From NCBI GenBank assembly GCA_003568415.1, contig PWXV01000009.1:7042-71041 (forward strand): 64,000 nucleotides of DNA, given 5' to 3'. The position numbers and the translations under genes are program-made. Shown in pieces: positions 50,760 to 59,915 of the stretch (the stretch's first letter is position 1; every line of letters begins with the position of its first letter). Under the pieces are notes generated by a model. It made no database searches. It had not been told where the DNA came from and saw nothing but the letters and a program-made list of their open reading frames with translations. Source of the DNA: Ignavibacteriales bacterium. Lineage in GTDB: Bacteria; Bacteroidota; Ignavibacteria; T3Sed10-11.

Positions 50760-53096
50760 ATGAAGTATTTCATATTATTATTATTACTATTTGCGGTGCC
50801 CGAGACAGGTATTTTCGGAGAAGATAATAACAGCGCTGCATCCCCACCATTCCTTCAACGGGAGTATGGTGCAATTCACGGTACAGTTCGTGATATAGAA
50901 ACCGGCGCACCTATACTTTTTGCAAATATCCGTCTAAAAGATACCGGGAGATATCGAATATCCCGCGAGGATGGAACGTTTCAATATGACGATATACCAG
51001 TCAGAAGATATACATTAACCGTGCAACATATTGGTTACACTCCGGTCGAAAAAGAAGTAGAAGTTACTGCTGACGACACCATATATGTTGCAATTGATCT
51101 TGTACCGTCGGTATTTGAAATATCTGAGTCTGTAGTTGTTACCGGAACAGGACGGGAGCGCGGAGTTTCTGAAACCTACCAACCTACCAGCGTACTCGGT
51201 GGTCGTGAGCTTCAGCAAAAGATGCAAACCACACTTCCGGCAACGTTGATACACTTACCGGGAATATCACAACAATCATTCGGAGCAGCAGCAACACAAC
51301 CTGTAATACGCGGAATGGGTGGAGACCGGGTACTTGTCCTTGAGGATGGTCAGCGAACCGGTGATTTATCCACAACTGCTGCAGATCACGCTGTAGCTAT
51401 CGAACCGGTGACTGCTGAAAGGGTGGAGGTAGTTCGTGGTCCTGCAGGACTGTTATACGGCAGCAATGCCCTCGGCGGCGTTATTAATATCATTCGTGAA
51501 GAAATTCCCCGCAATATTCCTGACAGAATAACCGGTACCCTGTCAATACGTGGAGAATCCTACAATAGTGGAGCAAGTGGGGGAGGAATGGTTACCATTC
51601 CCGCCGTATCGTTTGCTCTGCGAGGTGAGCTAAGTGGAAGATCTGCCGGTGATATCAGAACACCACAAGGAACGCTCCCGTCATCTGATCTTCAGGGATA
51701 TAATGCAAGTCTTGCTGCAAGCTGGATAACCGATTGGGGATATGCAGGAGCATCATTCCGTCAGTATGAAATGCAGTATGGAGTACCGGGAGAATTTAAC
51801 GGTGAACTGATACCGGGTGCTCACGCCGGTGGTGTTGATGCGGAGTTTACCCGGAGAGTTGGGCGATTCAAAGCAGTTCATTATGACGGCATCGGTTGGT
51901 TTAGTGATATTGAATTTGATGCACACCTGACTCACTATATCCATAAAGAAATTGAAGGTGAAACAGGTGCCGGACGACCGATTATCGGTGCTGAATTCGA
52001 CCAGCTCTCAACTTCAGTCAATCTTGTTGCACGGCACGTACACGATAATGGAGATATTCGTACAGAGGGTGCTGCCGGAATATCTTTCCGGTATCGCGAT
52101 TTATTATCGGTTGGAGGTTTTACCGGTACACGGTCGGCTACTGAAACGGTTGCCTCTCTCTATGCATTCGAAGAATTTGCGTGGCGGTCTTTACGATTTC
52201 AGGCAGGTCTCAGATATGACTGGACGAGCATTGAACCGTACGATACAAGCCCGATTCGCAGCGGTGATCGTTTAATCCCCGTTACCGATCGTAGTTTCAA
52301 CGCGTTTTCAGGATCAATAGCTCTGCTCTTTGATTTTCATCCTGGATGGAAGTTAGGAATCAGTGCGGCACGGGCATTCAGAAATCCGGCTATCGAAGAA
52401 CTCTATTCAGACGGACCACATCTTGCAGATTTTTCATTCGATATTGGCAACCCCGAACTTGATGAAGAAATAGGTTCCGGTATAGATCTTTTTCTTCGCG
52501 GTGAAGTAAGTCGTTTGAAAACCGAATTAAATCTGTTTTATAACTATGTATCAAATTATATCTATTATGAACCGACCGGAGAAATTGATCCCCGGCTCAG
52601 AAGATATCCGGTGTTTCAGGCACGTAGTGATAATGCTCTCTTTTTCGGAGCTGAAGGGAAGTTTGAGTGGAGGTTGATATCGAATATTGTTCTGGATGCA
52701 ACACTAAGCTACGTAAATGCAACACGCACACTTGATGACGATCCGCTACCATTCATTCCGCCGCTCAATGGCGATATTAATCTTCGGTATGAAGGTAAAA
52801 ACATCTTTGGATCAATCGGGTGGACAAGTGCGGCATCGCAGAACAGAGTACCATCACCGATTCCTGACCCGTTAAACGACGGTGATATGATCAAACCGCA
52901 AAATCCAACACCATCCTATAACTTACTCAATGCCGGTATTGGATATCGGTGGACACAATATAATTTGCTGCATACAGTTACACTTAATGTTGCTAACGCA
53001 ACCGATGAAGTTTGGCGCGATCATCTTTCACGTGTGAAAGATGTTGCACCGCAGCCGGGTCGAAATATAAGCGTATCGTATCAAGTATTATTTTAA
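50760..53096 (+). CDS. TonB-dependent receptor with N-terminal carboxypeptidase-regulatory-like domain
   Basis: 778 aa. Signal peptide, IHGTVRD...GYTP CarbopepD_reg-like segment, plug motifs IRGMGGDRVLVLEDG and VEVVRGPAGLLYGSNALGGVINI, and a terminal ...YQVLF. Confidence 0.9.
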   Translation: MKYFILLLLLFAVPETGIFGEDNNSAASPPFLQREYGAIHGTVRDIETGAPILFANIRLKDTGRYRISREDGTFQYDDIPVRRYTLTVQHIGYTPVEKEVEVTADDTIYVAIDLVPSVFEISESVVVTGTGRERGVSETYQPTSVLGGRELQQKMQTTLPATLIHLPGISQQSFGAAATQPVIRGMGGDRVLVLEDGQRTGDLSTTAADHAVAIEPVTAERVEVVRGPAGLLYGSNALGGVINIIREEIPRNIPDRITGTLSIRGESYNSGASGGGMVTIPAVSFALRGELSGRSAGDIRTPQGTLPSSDLQGYNASLAASWITDWGYAGASFRQYEMQYGVPGEFNGELIPGAHAGGVDAEFTRRVGRFKAVHYDGIGWFSDIEFDAHLTHYIHKEIEGETGAGRPIIGAEFDQLSTSVNLVARHVHDNGDIRTEGAAGISFRYRDLLSVGGFTGTRSATETVASLYAFEEFAWRSLRFQAGLRYDWTSIEPYDTSPIRSGDRLIPVTDRSFNAFSGSIALLFDFHPGWKLGISAARAFRNPAIEELYSDGPHLADFSFDIGNPELDEEIGSGIDLFLRGEVSRLKTELNLFYNYVSNYIYYEPTGEIDPRLRRYPVFQARSDNALFFGAEGKFEWRLISNIVLDATLSYVNATRTLDDDPLPFIPPLNGDINLRYEGKNIFGSIGWTSAASQNRVPSPIPDPLNDGDMIKPQNPTPSYNLLNAGIGYRWTQYNLLHTVTLNVANATDEVWRDHLSRVKDVAPQPGRNISVSYQVLF

Positions 53097-53142
53097 TAGT
53101 AAATACACATTCATCCATCAAATATAAAGGGAGGTAATACTT

Positions 53143-53661
53143 ATGAATAAAACAGCAAAAATGTTTGGATTGTTTTTTATCTTGCCTGTAGTAATTTTCA
53201 TAGCAGGGTGTGAACGATCAACCGATCCACATGACAATGGTCATCGTGATATGGAAGAAGTACGCATAATAGACCGTACGCAAACCGCTCGTCCCGTAAT
53301 AGCAACATGGACACACGATGATGGGTGGGAGTTTATAGAATATGCCGATGCTATATATGAATTAAGTAAATCAGCTGAGGAAGATAGAACCCGTGTTTCG
53401 CTTGGTGTTGAAATTTACGATCACAATGGAGATCAAATTGAACTCGATGAAGCGGGTGAGTATCAGGTCAGATACTGGATTGCGGAAGGAGCTCAGGAAG
53501 GTGTAATAGATATTTCCTTAGATGAAGATATATTATTCCATGGAGACCACGTCCATATATATGGTCTTGAGGTAGGTGAAACCGAGGTTGAATTCATACT
53601 TTGGCATGGCGATCATGCTGATGCAGTAACTGATCCCGCACCATTCAAGGTCGTTGAATAG
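53143..53661 (+). CDS. lipoprotein with two HGDH(x)H-type histidine motifs (putative metal-binding partner of the receptor)
   Basis: 172 aa. GGGAGG upstream of the start and lipobox FIAGC. Contains FHGDHVHIYG and WHGDHADA. Confidence 0.5.
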   Translation: MNKTAKMFGLFFILPVVIFIAGCERSTDPHDNGHRDMEEVRIIDRTQTARPVIATWTHDDGWEFIEYADAIYELSKSAEEDRTRVSLGVEIYDHNGDQIELDEAGEYQVRYWIAEGAQEGVIDISLDEDILFHGDHVHIYGLEVGETEVEFILWHGDHADAVTDPAPFKVVE

Positions 53662-53670
53662 ATCGTAAAT

Positions 53671-53760
53671 AAAAAAATGTAGTCTATCTTCTGACTAATG
53701 AACGCTCATAAACAGCAGAACTTTGTCAGATAATAATGTGTAGACTACATTTTTTATTTT
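53671..53760 (+). terminator. long A/T-flanked hairpin (bidirectional terminator-like) after the lipoprotein gene
   Basis: AAAAAAATGTAGTCTA (53671-53686) pairs with TAGACTACATTTTTT (53741-53755). An inner TCTGAC/GTCAGA pair is also present, and a T-run follows. Confidence 0.55.
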
Positions 53761-53836
53761 TTTTAGATTTTCTCTTGCATATTGTTTTTGGTCAGCTTAT
53801 ATTTTCCAATTGTTTTTCACAATCACAATATGACTT

Positions 53837-54550
53837 ATGGTTCTTCAAAATAAAGTTGCAATTATAACCGGGGCGACCGGCGGACTCGGACCGGTTGTCG
53901 CCGAACGTCTTCATAATGAAGGGGTTAAACTCGTTTTAGCTTATCAGTCGGATAAAAAATTATCCTCTATCCCGCAAAACATTGTGAACGATGCGGCAAA
54001 CGTCGTCACTGTTCAGAGTGATGTTACAAATGAGGATGATGTTGCCCGCATTTTCAATACCGCGATAGACAAATTTTCTGATATATCTATTCTTTGCAAT
54101 GCAGTTGGCGGATATATGGACACAAAACCATTTACCGATCTGACAGTCGAAGAATGGAATACGATGATGGAGCGAAACCTCACCGCTTGCTTTCTAACAT
54201 GCCGCGAAGCACTTCGCCGTATGAAGGATAAAGATTACGGACGAATCATTAACATATCTGCCAAACCTGGAATTTATCCCGAAGCCGAACGCGGAGCATA
54301 TGGAGTGGCGAAATCGGGTGTAGCATTTCTCACAAGAATGCTCGGAAGTGAATTTAAAAAAAGCGGTATAACCATAAATGCAATTGCACCAAGCATTATA
54401 AAAACACCCGCCAATGAATCCTGGGGGGATCCGGAGGATATGAAAAATTGGGTTACACCGGAACAACTTGCAGACACAATAGTGTTTTTATGTAGTGATA
54501 CCGCAAAAAGTGTCACCGGCACGGTAATCGAAGCATATGGTGGAGTATAA
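53837..54550 (+). CDS. short-chain dehydrogenase/reductase
   Basis: 237 aa. Contains AIITGATGGLG, NAVG and YGVAKSG. Confidence 0.85.
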   Translation: MVLQNKVAIITGATGGLGPVVAERLHNEGVKLVLAYQSDKKLSSIPQNIVNDAANVVTVQSDVTNEDDVARIFNTAIDKFSDISILCNAVGGYMDTKPFTDLTVEEWNTMMERNLTACFLTCREALRRMKDKDYGRIINISAKPGIYPEAERGAYGVAKSGVAFLTRMLGSEFKKSGITINAIAPSIIKTPANESWGDPEDMKNWVTPEQLADTIVFLCSDTAKSVTGTVIEAYGGV

Positions 54551-54556
54551 TTTTAT

Positions 54557-54585
54557 TTGACTTTCTTTCAAAAAATCGTTATTCT
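54557..54585 (+). promoter_or_regulatory. sigma70-like promoter candidate (TTGACT-17 nt-TATTCT) upstream of exbB
   Basis: Hexamers and spacer read directly from the sequence, about 75 nt upstream of the ATG at 54661. Confidence 0.3.
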
Positions 54586-54660
54586 ACTTTTTAAAATGGC
54601 AATAAATTAATTAATTCAAATCATATACAACTAACTCGAACCTAAGGAGGAATCATTATA

Positions 54661-55416
54661 ATGGATCAATTTGGCATATTCACCTTCCTTCTTCAAGCCG
54701 ATGCGGGGGCATTAAATTGGTTACAGGAAAAATATGTAGAAGGCGGCCATTTTATGCATGTTATTCTGGGATGTTTAATTCTTGGCCTCGCCTTTTCACT
54801 TGAACGAATCTGGACTCTCAGCAGAGCTACTGTCAACACAAGAAAGTTTCTCGTTGATGTTAAAAAAGCGCTTGATAAAGGCGGTGTGGATGCTGCATTG
54901 GAAGTCTGCAGTCAAAATCGTGGTTCTGTCGCAAGTGTGTTCCAGGCAGGTCTTCTTCGTGCCGATGAAGGTATTGAAGCGGCAGAAAAAGCTATCATCA
55001 GCTATGGTGGTATTGAAATGGCGTTCCTGGAGAAAAACCTTATCTGGATATCAACCTTTATCGCAATATCACCTATGATAGGATTTACCGGTACAGTACA
55101 GGGTATGATCTCGGCCTTCGATGCTATTCGTGAAGCCCGTAATATTTCACCCGAAATTGTTGCCGGCGGTATATCCGTTGCATTGTTAACGACATTGTTC
55201 GGACTTGTTGTCGCAGTTATTTTACAGATTTTCTATAACTATTTTGTTTCCAGAATCGATAAGCTCGTTATCGAGATGGAAGAAAGTTCAATAGAATTGA
55301 TCGACTCACTCTTGCTTTTAAAACAAGGGAAGAAAATCGCACCGGCGGGAGCTGAGGCATCTGCAGGACAGAGTAAAGGTGCGGATAAAGACAAGGGCTC
55401 GGAGAAAAAACAGTAA
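54661..55416 (+). CDS. exbB: MotA/TolQ/ExbB proton-channel protein
   Basis: 251 aa. AAGGAGGA upstream of the start, three TM segments, and the GFTGTVQGMI...ALLTTLFGL motif. Confidence 0.85.
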   Translation: MDQFGIFTFLLQADAGALNWLQEKYVEGGHFMHVILGCLILGLAFSLERIWTLSRATVNTRKFLVDVKKALDKGGVDAALEVCSQNRGSVASVFQAGLLRADEGIEAAEKAIISYGGIEMAFLEKNLIWISTFIAISPMIGFTGTVQGMISAFDAIREARNISPEIVAGGISVALLTTLFGLVVAVILQIFYNYFVSRIDKLVIEMEESSIELIDSLLLLKQGKKIAPAGAEASAGQSKGADKDKGSEKKQ

Positions 55417-55434
55417 CGAAAGGGGGAAACCCTC

Positions 55435-55932
55435 ATGTTAAAGCGTAAGAAAAAAGAAGGTGCAACCATTCCGCTTGCGGGTATGGCAGACATCGCTTTC
55501 TTGTTACTTATTTTCTTCCTTCTTGTTACAACGATTGATGTCGATACCGGTATCGGTCTTGTGTTACCGCCTCCGGTAGAAGATGCTGAAGAAATCGAAG
55601 TGGAGGAAGAGAACATCGCAAACATTCTTGTCAATGCAGCCGGCGAAGTGCTGCTTGACGGAGATATCATCAGTGTTCCGCAAATTTCCGGAACCATTGC
55701 TGATAAGATACGGGCCAATCCTGAACTGATCGTCTCGGTTAAAACCGACAGACGAACACCGTATAATGTGTACATCGATACGATTGATCAGTTAAAGATG
55801 GCATACAATGAACTCCGTGAAGCATATGCACGACAGAATTTCGGTGTACGACTGGATGATGTAACAAGAGAGCAATTGGAGCAAATCCGGCGGGAAATTC
55901 CACAGCGAATATCGCTTGCCGAACCGGAGTAA
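55435..55932 (+). CDS. exbD: ExbD/TolR biopolymer transport protein
   Basis: 165 aa. IPLAGMADIAFLLLIFFLL TM segment, with an acidic insert and a periplasmic domain. Confidence 0.8.
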   Translation: MLKRKKKEGATIPLAGMADIAFLLLIFFLLVTTIDVDTGIGLVLPPPVEDAEEIEVEEENIANILVNAAGEVLLDGDIISVPQISGTIADKIRANPELIVSVKTDRRTPYNVYIDTIDQLKMAYNELREAYARQNFGVRLDDVTREQLEQIRREIPQRISLAEPE

Positions 55933-55979
55933 TGGAAAGCACCGTTTTAATTATTTGATCATAATAGGGATGTGGTTTT

Positions 55980-56405
55980 ATGGCTAAAGAAGCTAAGTTT
56001 AGAAAAAAACAAGCCACCACGAGGCAGGAAATACCGACAGCATCGCTTCCGGATATTATTTTCATGTTGTTGATCTTTTTTATGTTGACAACAGTACTCC
56101 GTGAGTTCGATGTACAGGTAGAGTATACTCTCCCGGAAGCATACATGATTGAACGGATAGAAAATAAGCGGCTTATTTCCTATATTTGGGTCGGCCGGGA
56201 TGGACGCATCCAAATTGACGATAACATTGTCCAACTTCATGATATTAGTTCAATTATGTATCAGAAACGGGTAGAGATCCCGAATCTAATCGTCTCTATG
56301 CGTATCGATCGGTATTCGGAGATGGGTGTTGTTACCGATATTCAACAAGAGCTTCGTGAAGCTGATGCATTACGAATTAACTATTCGTCATTACATCGAT
56401 TATAA
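55980..56405 (+). CDS. exbD: ExbD/TolR biopolymer transport protein (second copy)
   Basis: 141 aa. IPTASLPDIIFMLLIFFML TM segment. Confidence 0.8.
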   Translation: MAKEAKFRKKQATTRQEIPTASLPDIIFMLLIFFMLTTVLREFDVQVEYTLPEAYMIERIENKRLISYIWVGRDGRIQIDDNIVQLHDISSIMYQKRVEIPNLIVSMRIDRYSEMGVVTDIQQELREADALRINYSSLHRL

Positions 56406-56469
56406 TGCGAGCTGTAAAAATAGACAACACGTAATGACCCTCAAGAAACGTGTACTTTTTCGTTAACCT

Positions 56470-56507
56470 AAAAGGCAGGGATATAATGACATACCCTGCC
56501 TTTTTTT
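56470..56507 (+). terminator. rho-independent terminator after the exbB-exbD-exbD operon
   Basis: AAAAGGCAGGG-loop-CCCTGCCTTTTTTT. Confidence 0.7.
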
Positions 56508-56527
56508 GTTCCGGTATAAAAACAACC

Positions 56528-56989
56528 ATGAATAAAAATACGATTGAACAAATAAACGATGACTTCAAACAAGCAATGAAGTCCGGGGATAAAGTAAAAC
56601 TCGAGACCCTGCGGTCTCTGCGTGCAGCACTGAAGGACCGAGAAATTGCACTTCGCGGAGAAGGAAAAGAACTCTCAGATGAAGAAATACTTGCAACCCT
56701 CACATCGGCGGCGAAAAAGCGGCGTGAATCTATTGATGAATATACCAAAGCCGGACGACCGGAACGTGCAGATGAAGAGAGCAATGAACTGAAAATCATT
56801 CAGGAATATTTACCCGCACAACTTTCTACCGAAGAAATTGAATCGAAAGTCCGTGCCGCAATTGAACAAACCGGTGCATCCTCTATGAAAGATATGGGAA
56901 AAGTAATGTCTTCGGTTATGCCGGAACTCAAAGGACGTGCCGACGGTAAAGAGGTACAAAATATTGTTAAAAAACTTCTTGGCGGTTAA
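56528..56989 (+). CDS. yqeY: GatB/YqeY-domain protein
   Basis: 153 aa from the ATG at 56528, which lies downstream of the terminator. Contains DFKQAMKSGDKVKLETLRSLRAALK and GKVMSSVMPELKGRADGKEV. Confidence 0.8.
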   Translation: MNKNTIEQINDDFKQAMKSGDKVKLETLRSLRAALKDREIALRGEGKELSDEEILATLTSAAKKRRESIDEYTKAGRPERADEESNELKIIQEYLPAQLSTEEIESKVRAAIEQTGASSMKDMGKVMSSVMPELKGRADGKEVQNIVKKLLGG

Positions 56990-56992
56990 TGT

Positions 56993-57523
56993 ATGACAAC
57001 GGCTGATATCGCTATTGCAGTCGGAGTAGGGTTATTTGTTTTTTCCGGTTTCTTCGAGGGTTTTATCAAGAAGATATTCGGGCTAATCGTTCTTATTATT
57101 GCATTCTTTACCGCAATTCACACTTATACGATTTTTTCGGATTGGCTGCAGGCAAGTTTCGATTGGTCTTCGACATTTTCAACGGTTTTATCTTTCCTCA
57201 TCGTTTTCCTTTTTGTTTTGATTATGGGTAATGTGCTCTATCGCGTTATCGGAAAGAAAAACGAATTGTATAAAATGTGGGACAGGCTGGCGGGATCTGC
57301 ATTTGGCTTTGTTGAAGGTGCAATTATTGTTAGTCTTTTTTTACATTTATTGGTTCTTGTTGATGTACCATCTGAAAATGTCCGGAATGATTCCGTCCTT
57401 TACCCGATCATCTATGGGTTCGCCCCCTTTGTATTCGAGGCATTATACATCTTCGTTCCGCAGGTGAGAGACTTTTTTGAAATTTTTATTGATGAAGTAA
57501 ATATATCAAACAAAGTAACTTAA
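56993..57523 (+). CDS. cvpA: CvpA-family membrane protein
   Basis: 176 aa. Four hydrophobic helices in the CvpA-like arrangement. The call rests on topology and size. Confidence 0.6.
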   Translation: MTTADIAIAVGVGLFVFSGFFEGFIKKIFGLIVLIIAFFTAIHTYTIFSDWLQASFDWSSTFSTVLSFLIVFLFVLIMGNVLYRVIGKKNELYKMWDRLAGSAFGFVEGAIIVSLFLHLLVLVDVPSENVRNDSVLYPIIYGFAPFVFEALYIFVPQVRDFFEIFIDEVNISNKVT

Positions 57524-57539
57524 AAAGATACGAGATACA

Positions 57540-59915
57540 GTGTATTCACAGGCAATAGAAAAACTTAGATTTTCAGTCATTCTGCAGCGTGTCCAACGAT
57601 ATGCACAATCGGATCTCGGTAAAGAGCGTATCGAACAATGCAGACCCATCGCATCACAATCAGATATCCGGCATGCACACGCTGTTTTGAATGAGATGAA
57701 ATCAATGCTCGAATTCGATGATCCAGTACCTCTCCACAACATCCACGATATCCGTACCGATATTCATCGTGCTGCAATTGAAGGAAACATGCTGAATGGG
57801 AAACAATTGCTTCGCACGTTGCTGACGTTACGAACGTCGCGGGACCTCAGGGGATATCTGAAAAAAAGAGAGCAAACATACGCAAATCTTGCAACGCTTG
57901 CCGACGGACTAATTGCAGACAAAGTTCTTGAACATCACATTGACAGCATTATTAATGAAGACGGAGACATAAAGGATAGCGCAAGTCAGGATTTACAAAA
58001 AATCAGACAAACTATTCGCAGTGTTTCTGAAACTCTCAGGAAACGCCTTGAAAGGATACTGAGAACACTTTCAACAGAAGGAATGGCCCAGGAAGAGTTA
58101 ATAACTACCCGCGACGGGAGAATGGTGCTGCCGGTGAAAGTTGAATACAAACACCAGGTACCTGGTTTTATCCACAGCTCAAGTGCAAGCGGTGCAACGG
58201 TATTCATTGAGCCGGCCGAGACACTTGATATAAACAATGAAATGCGCGACTATCAGATACGTGAACAACGCGAAATACAGCGAATCCTGCGCACCATCAC
58301 CGAAAAAATCGCAGAAAAGAAAGAGCAGATTTTAGCCACTGTGCATGTCTTAACTGAAATAGACTTTATCTTTGCAAAAGCTCAATATTCTATCGAGATT
58401 ATTGGTGTGACCCCGCGTGAAAGTGCATCGAACAGGATAAAACTCGTTGACGGACGGCACCCGATTTTACTTATGCATCACAGACGGGATGAAGTGGTTC
58501 CGCTGATCTTATCACTAGGTGATTCATTTACAACTCTCATTATAACCGGCCCGAATGCAGGCGGTAAAAGTGTTGCAATGCAAACCATCGGGTTGATGTG
58601 TTTAATGTATCAGTCGGGATTACATATACCTGCCTCGGATGAAACTGAGCTTCCGGTATTTGAAAATATTTTTGTTTCGATGGGAGATGAGCAATCTGTC
58701 GAGCAAGACCTCAGTACATTTTCCTCACACCTTATGACATTAAAAAAGATATTGGACGGAGTCAATGACACGTCACTTGTATTAGTCGATGAAATCGGCG
58801 CTGGTACAGATCCCGTAGAAGGAAGTGCAATTGCCGCATCTATACTCAAATATCTTACCGAGAAAAATACACTTACCATTGCGACAACACATCATGGTGA
58901 TTTAAAAGCATTTGCATATCAGGAACCGGGTATTGAAAACGGTGCAATGGAATTCGATCAGGAACAACTCACCCCTACATATAGATTTACCGAAGGTATT
59001 CCCGGTAGCAGCTATGCATTGGAGATCGCACAGCGATTGCAATTTCCAGAAGAATTGATAACACAAGCCCGCACCTTTCTTGGTACGACAAAATCCAAAA
59101 TAGAACAATTACTCATCGAGCTTGAACAACAAAGCCAACGCTACCGGGCTCAGCTACGCGAGCTATCCTCGGAAAAGAAACGGCTGGAGCAATTGACGGG
59201 AGAATACGAGAATAAATTAAATACATTAACACGTGAAATGAAGAAGTTAAAACGAGACGCTGCAGAGGATGCAAAAAGAATTGTAGCCCGTGCAAATGCC
59301 ATTATCGAACAGGCAGTAAAAGAGATCCGTGAGTCCGAAGCTGACACCCATGTAACTCGAAAGTGGCGGGAAGAAATAAAAACATTTAAAAAGCAAGTTG
59401 AAAAACAGCGTGTCGAAGCACAGGAAGAGAAGCAACCGGAAACTCCATCAGAACCATTACAGCAGGGTGATTACGTTGTGCTGGGTGGTGGTCAGGAAGA
59501 AGGGGAAGTGCTGGCGCCGGTCGATGATGAAGGATATACACAGGTTTTATTCGGTTCGGTAAAAATGCGCGTGCACCGCGGGCAGTTGCGTAAAACATCA
59601 CATCGTGTAAACCGGAAAAAAGAATATGCTCACACAGCTACAACGGTAAGTGAAGATTTATACCCCCGGTCTGTCGATGTTCGGGGATTAACCGGTGATG
59701 AAGCACAAAGTGCAGTAGATTCATTTCTGGACCGTGCCGTGCTTGCAGGTTACAAAGAAGTTGAGATCATCCACGGCAAGGGTACCGGAGCACTACGAAA
59801 ACGTATCCATGAGTTTCTAAAAAAACATCCTGCTGTTCATATTTCACGACTCGGCAACTGGAATGAAGGAGGGAGCGGGGTAACCGTCGTTGAATTAAAA
59901 CAAGAAGATCGATGA
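57540..59915 (+). CDS. mutS2: endonuclease MutS2 (MutS ATPase plus C-terminal Smr domain)
   Basis: 791 aa. Contains the Walker A motif ITGPNAGGKS and DEIGAGTDP. The C-terminal Smr domain reads VDVRGLTGDEA...IIHGKGTGALR. GTG start. Confidence 0.9.
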   Translation: MYSQAIEKLRFSVILQRVQRYAQSDLGKERIEQCRPIASQSDIRHAHAVLNEMKSMLEFDDPVPLHNIHDIRTDIHRAAIEGNMLNGKQLLRTLLTLRTSRDLRGYLKKREQTYANLATLADGLIADKVLEHHIDSIINEDGDIKDSASQDLQKIRQTIRSVSETLRKRLERILRTLSTEGMAQEELITTRDGRMVLPVKVEYKHQVPGFIHSSSASGATVFIEPAETLDINNEMRDYQIREQREIQRILRTITEKIAEKKEQILATVHVLTEIDFIFAKAQYSIEIIGVTPRESASNRIKLVDGRHPILLMHHRRDEVVPLILSLGDSFTTLIITGPNAGGKSVAMQTIGLMCLMYQSGLHIPASDETELPVFENIFVSMGDEQSVEQDLSTFSSHLMTLKKILDGVNDTSLVLVDEIGAGTDPVEGSAIAASILKYLTEKNTLTIATTHHGDLKAFAYQEPGIENGAMEFDQEQLTPTYRFTEGIPGSSYALEIAQRLQFPEELITQARTFLGTTKSKIEQLLIELEQQSQRYRAQLRELSSEKKRLEQLTGEYENKLNTLTREMKKLKRDAAEDAKRIVARANAIIEQAVKEIRESEADTHVTRKWREEIKTFKKQVEKQRVEAQEEKQPETPSEPLQQGDYVVLGGGQEEGEVLAPVDDEGYTQVLFGSVKMRVHRGQLRKTSHRVNRKKEYAHTATTVSEDLYPRSVDVRGLTGDEAQSAVDSFLDRAVLAGYKEVEIIHGKGTGALRKRIHEFLKKHPAVHISRLGNWNEGGSGVTVVELKQEDR

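Noticed and set aside
56450-56527. Upstream start for the YqeY-like ORF
   Set aside because: The extension runs through the exbD operon terminator hairpin (56470-56507) and adds a non-conserved hydrophobic peptide. The ATG at 56528 gives the typical MNKNTIEQINDDFKQAMK start.
55239-56799. Ser-rich antisense ORFs of 178 aa, 135 aa and 140 aa opposite exbB/exbD/yqeY
   Set aside because: Biased composition typical of the reverse frame of Glu/Leu-rich genes, overlapping well-supported plus-strand genes.
57540-59915. MutS2/Smr protein considered as part of a defence or mobile system
   Set aside because: It has the canonical housekeeping MutS2 architecture (Walker A ATPase plus C-terminal Smr) and is flanked by core metabolic genes. 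There are no nuclease or methylase partners.
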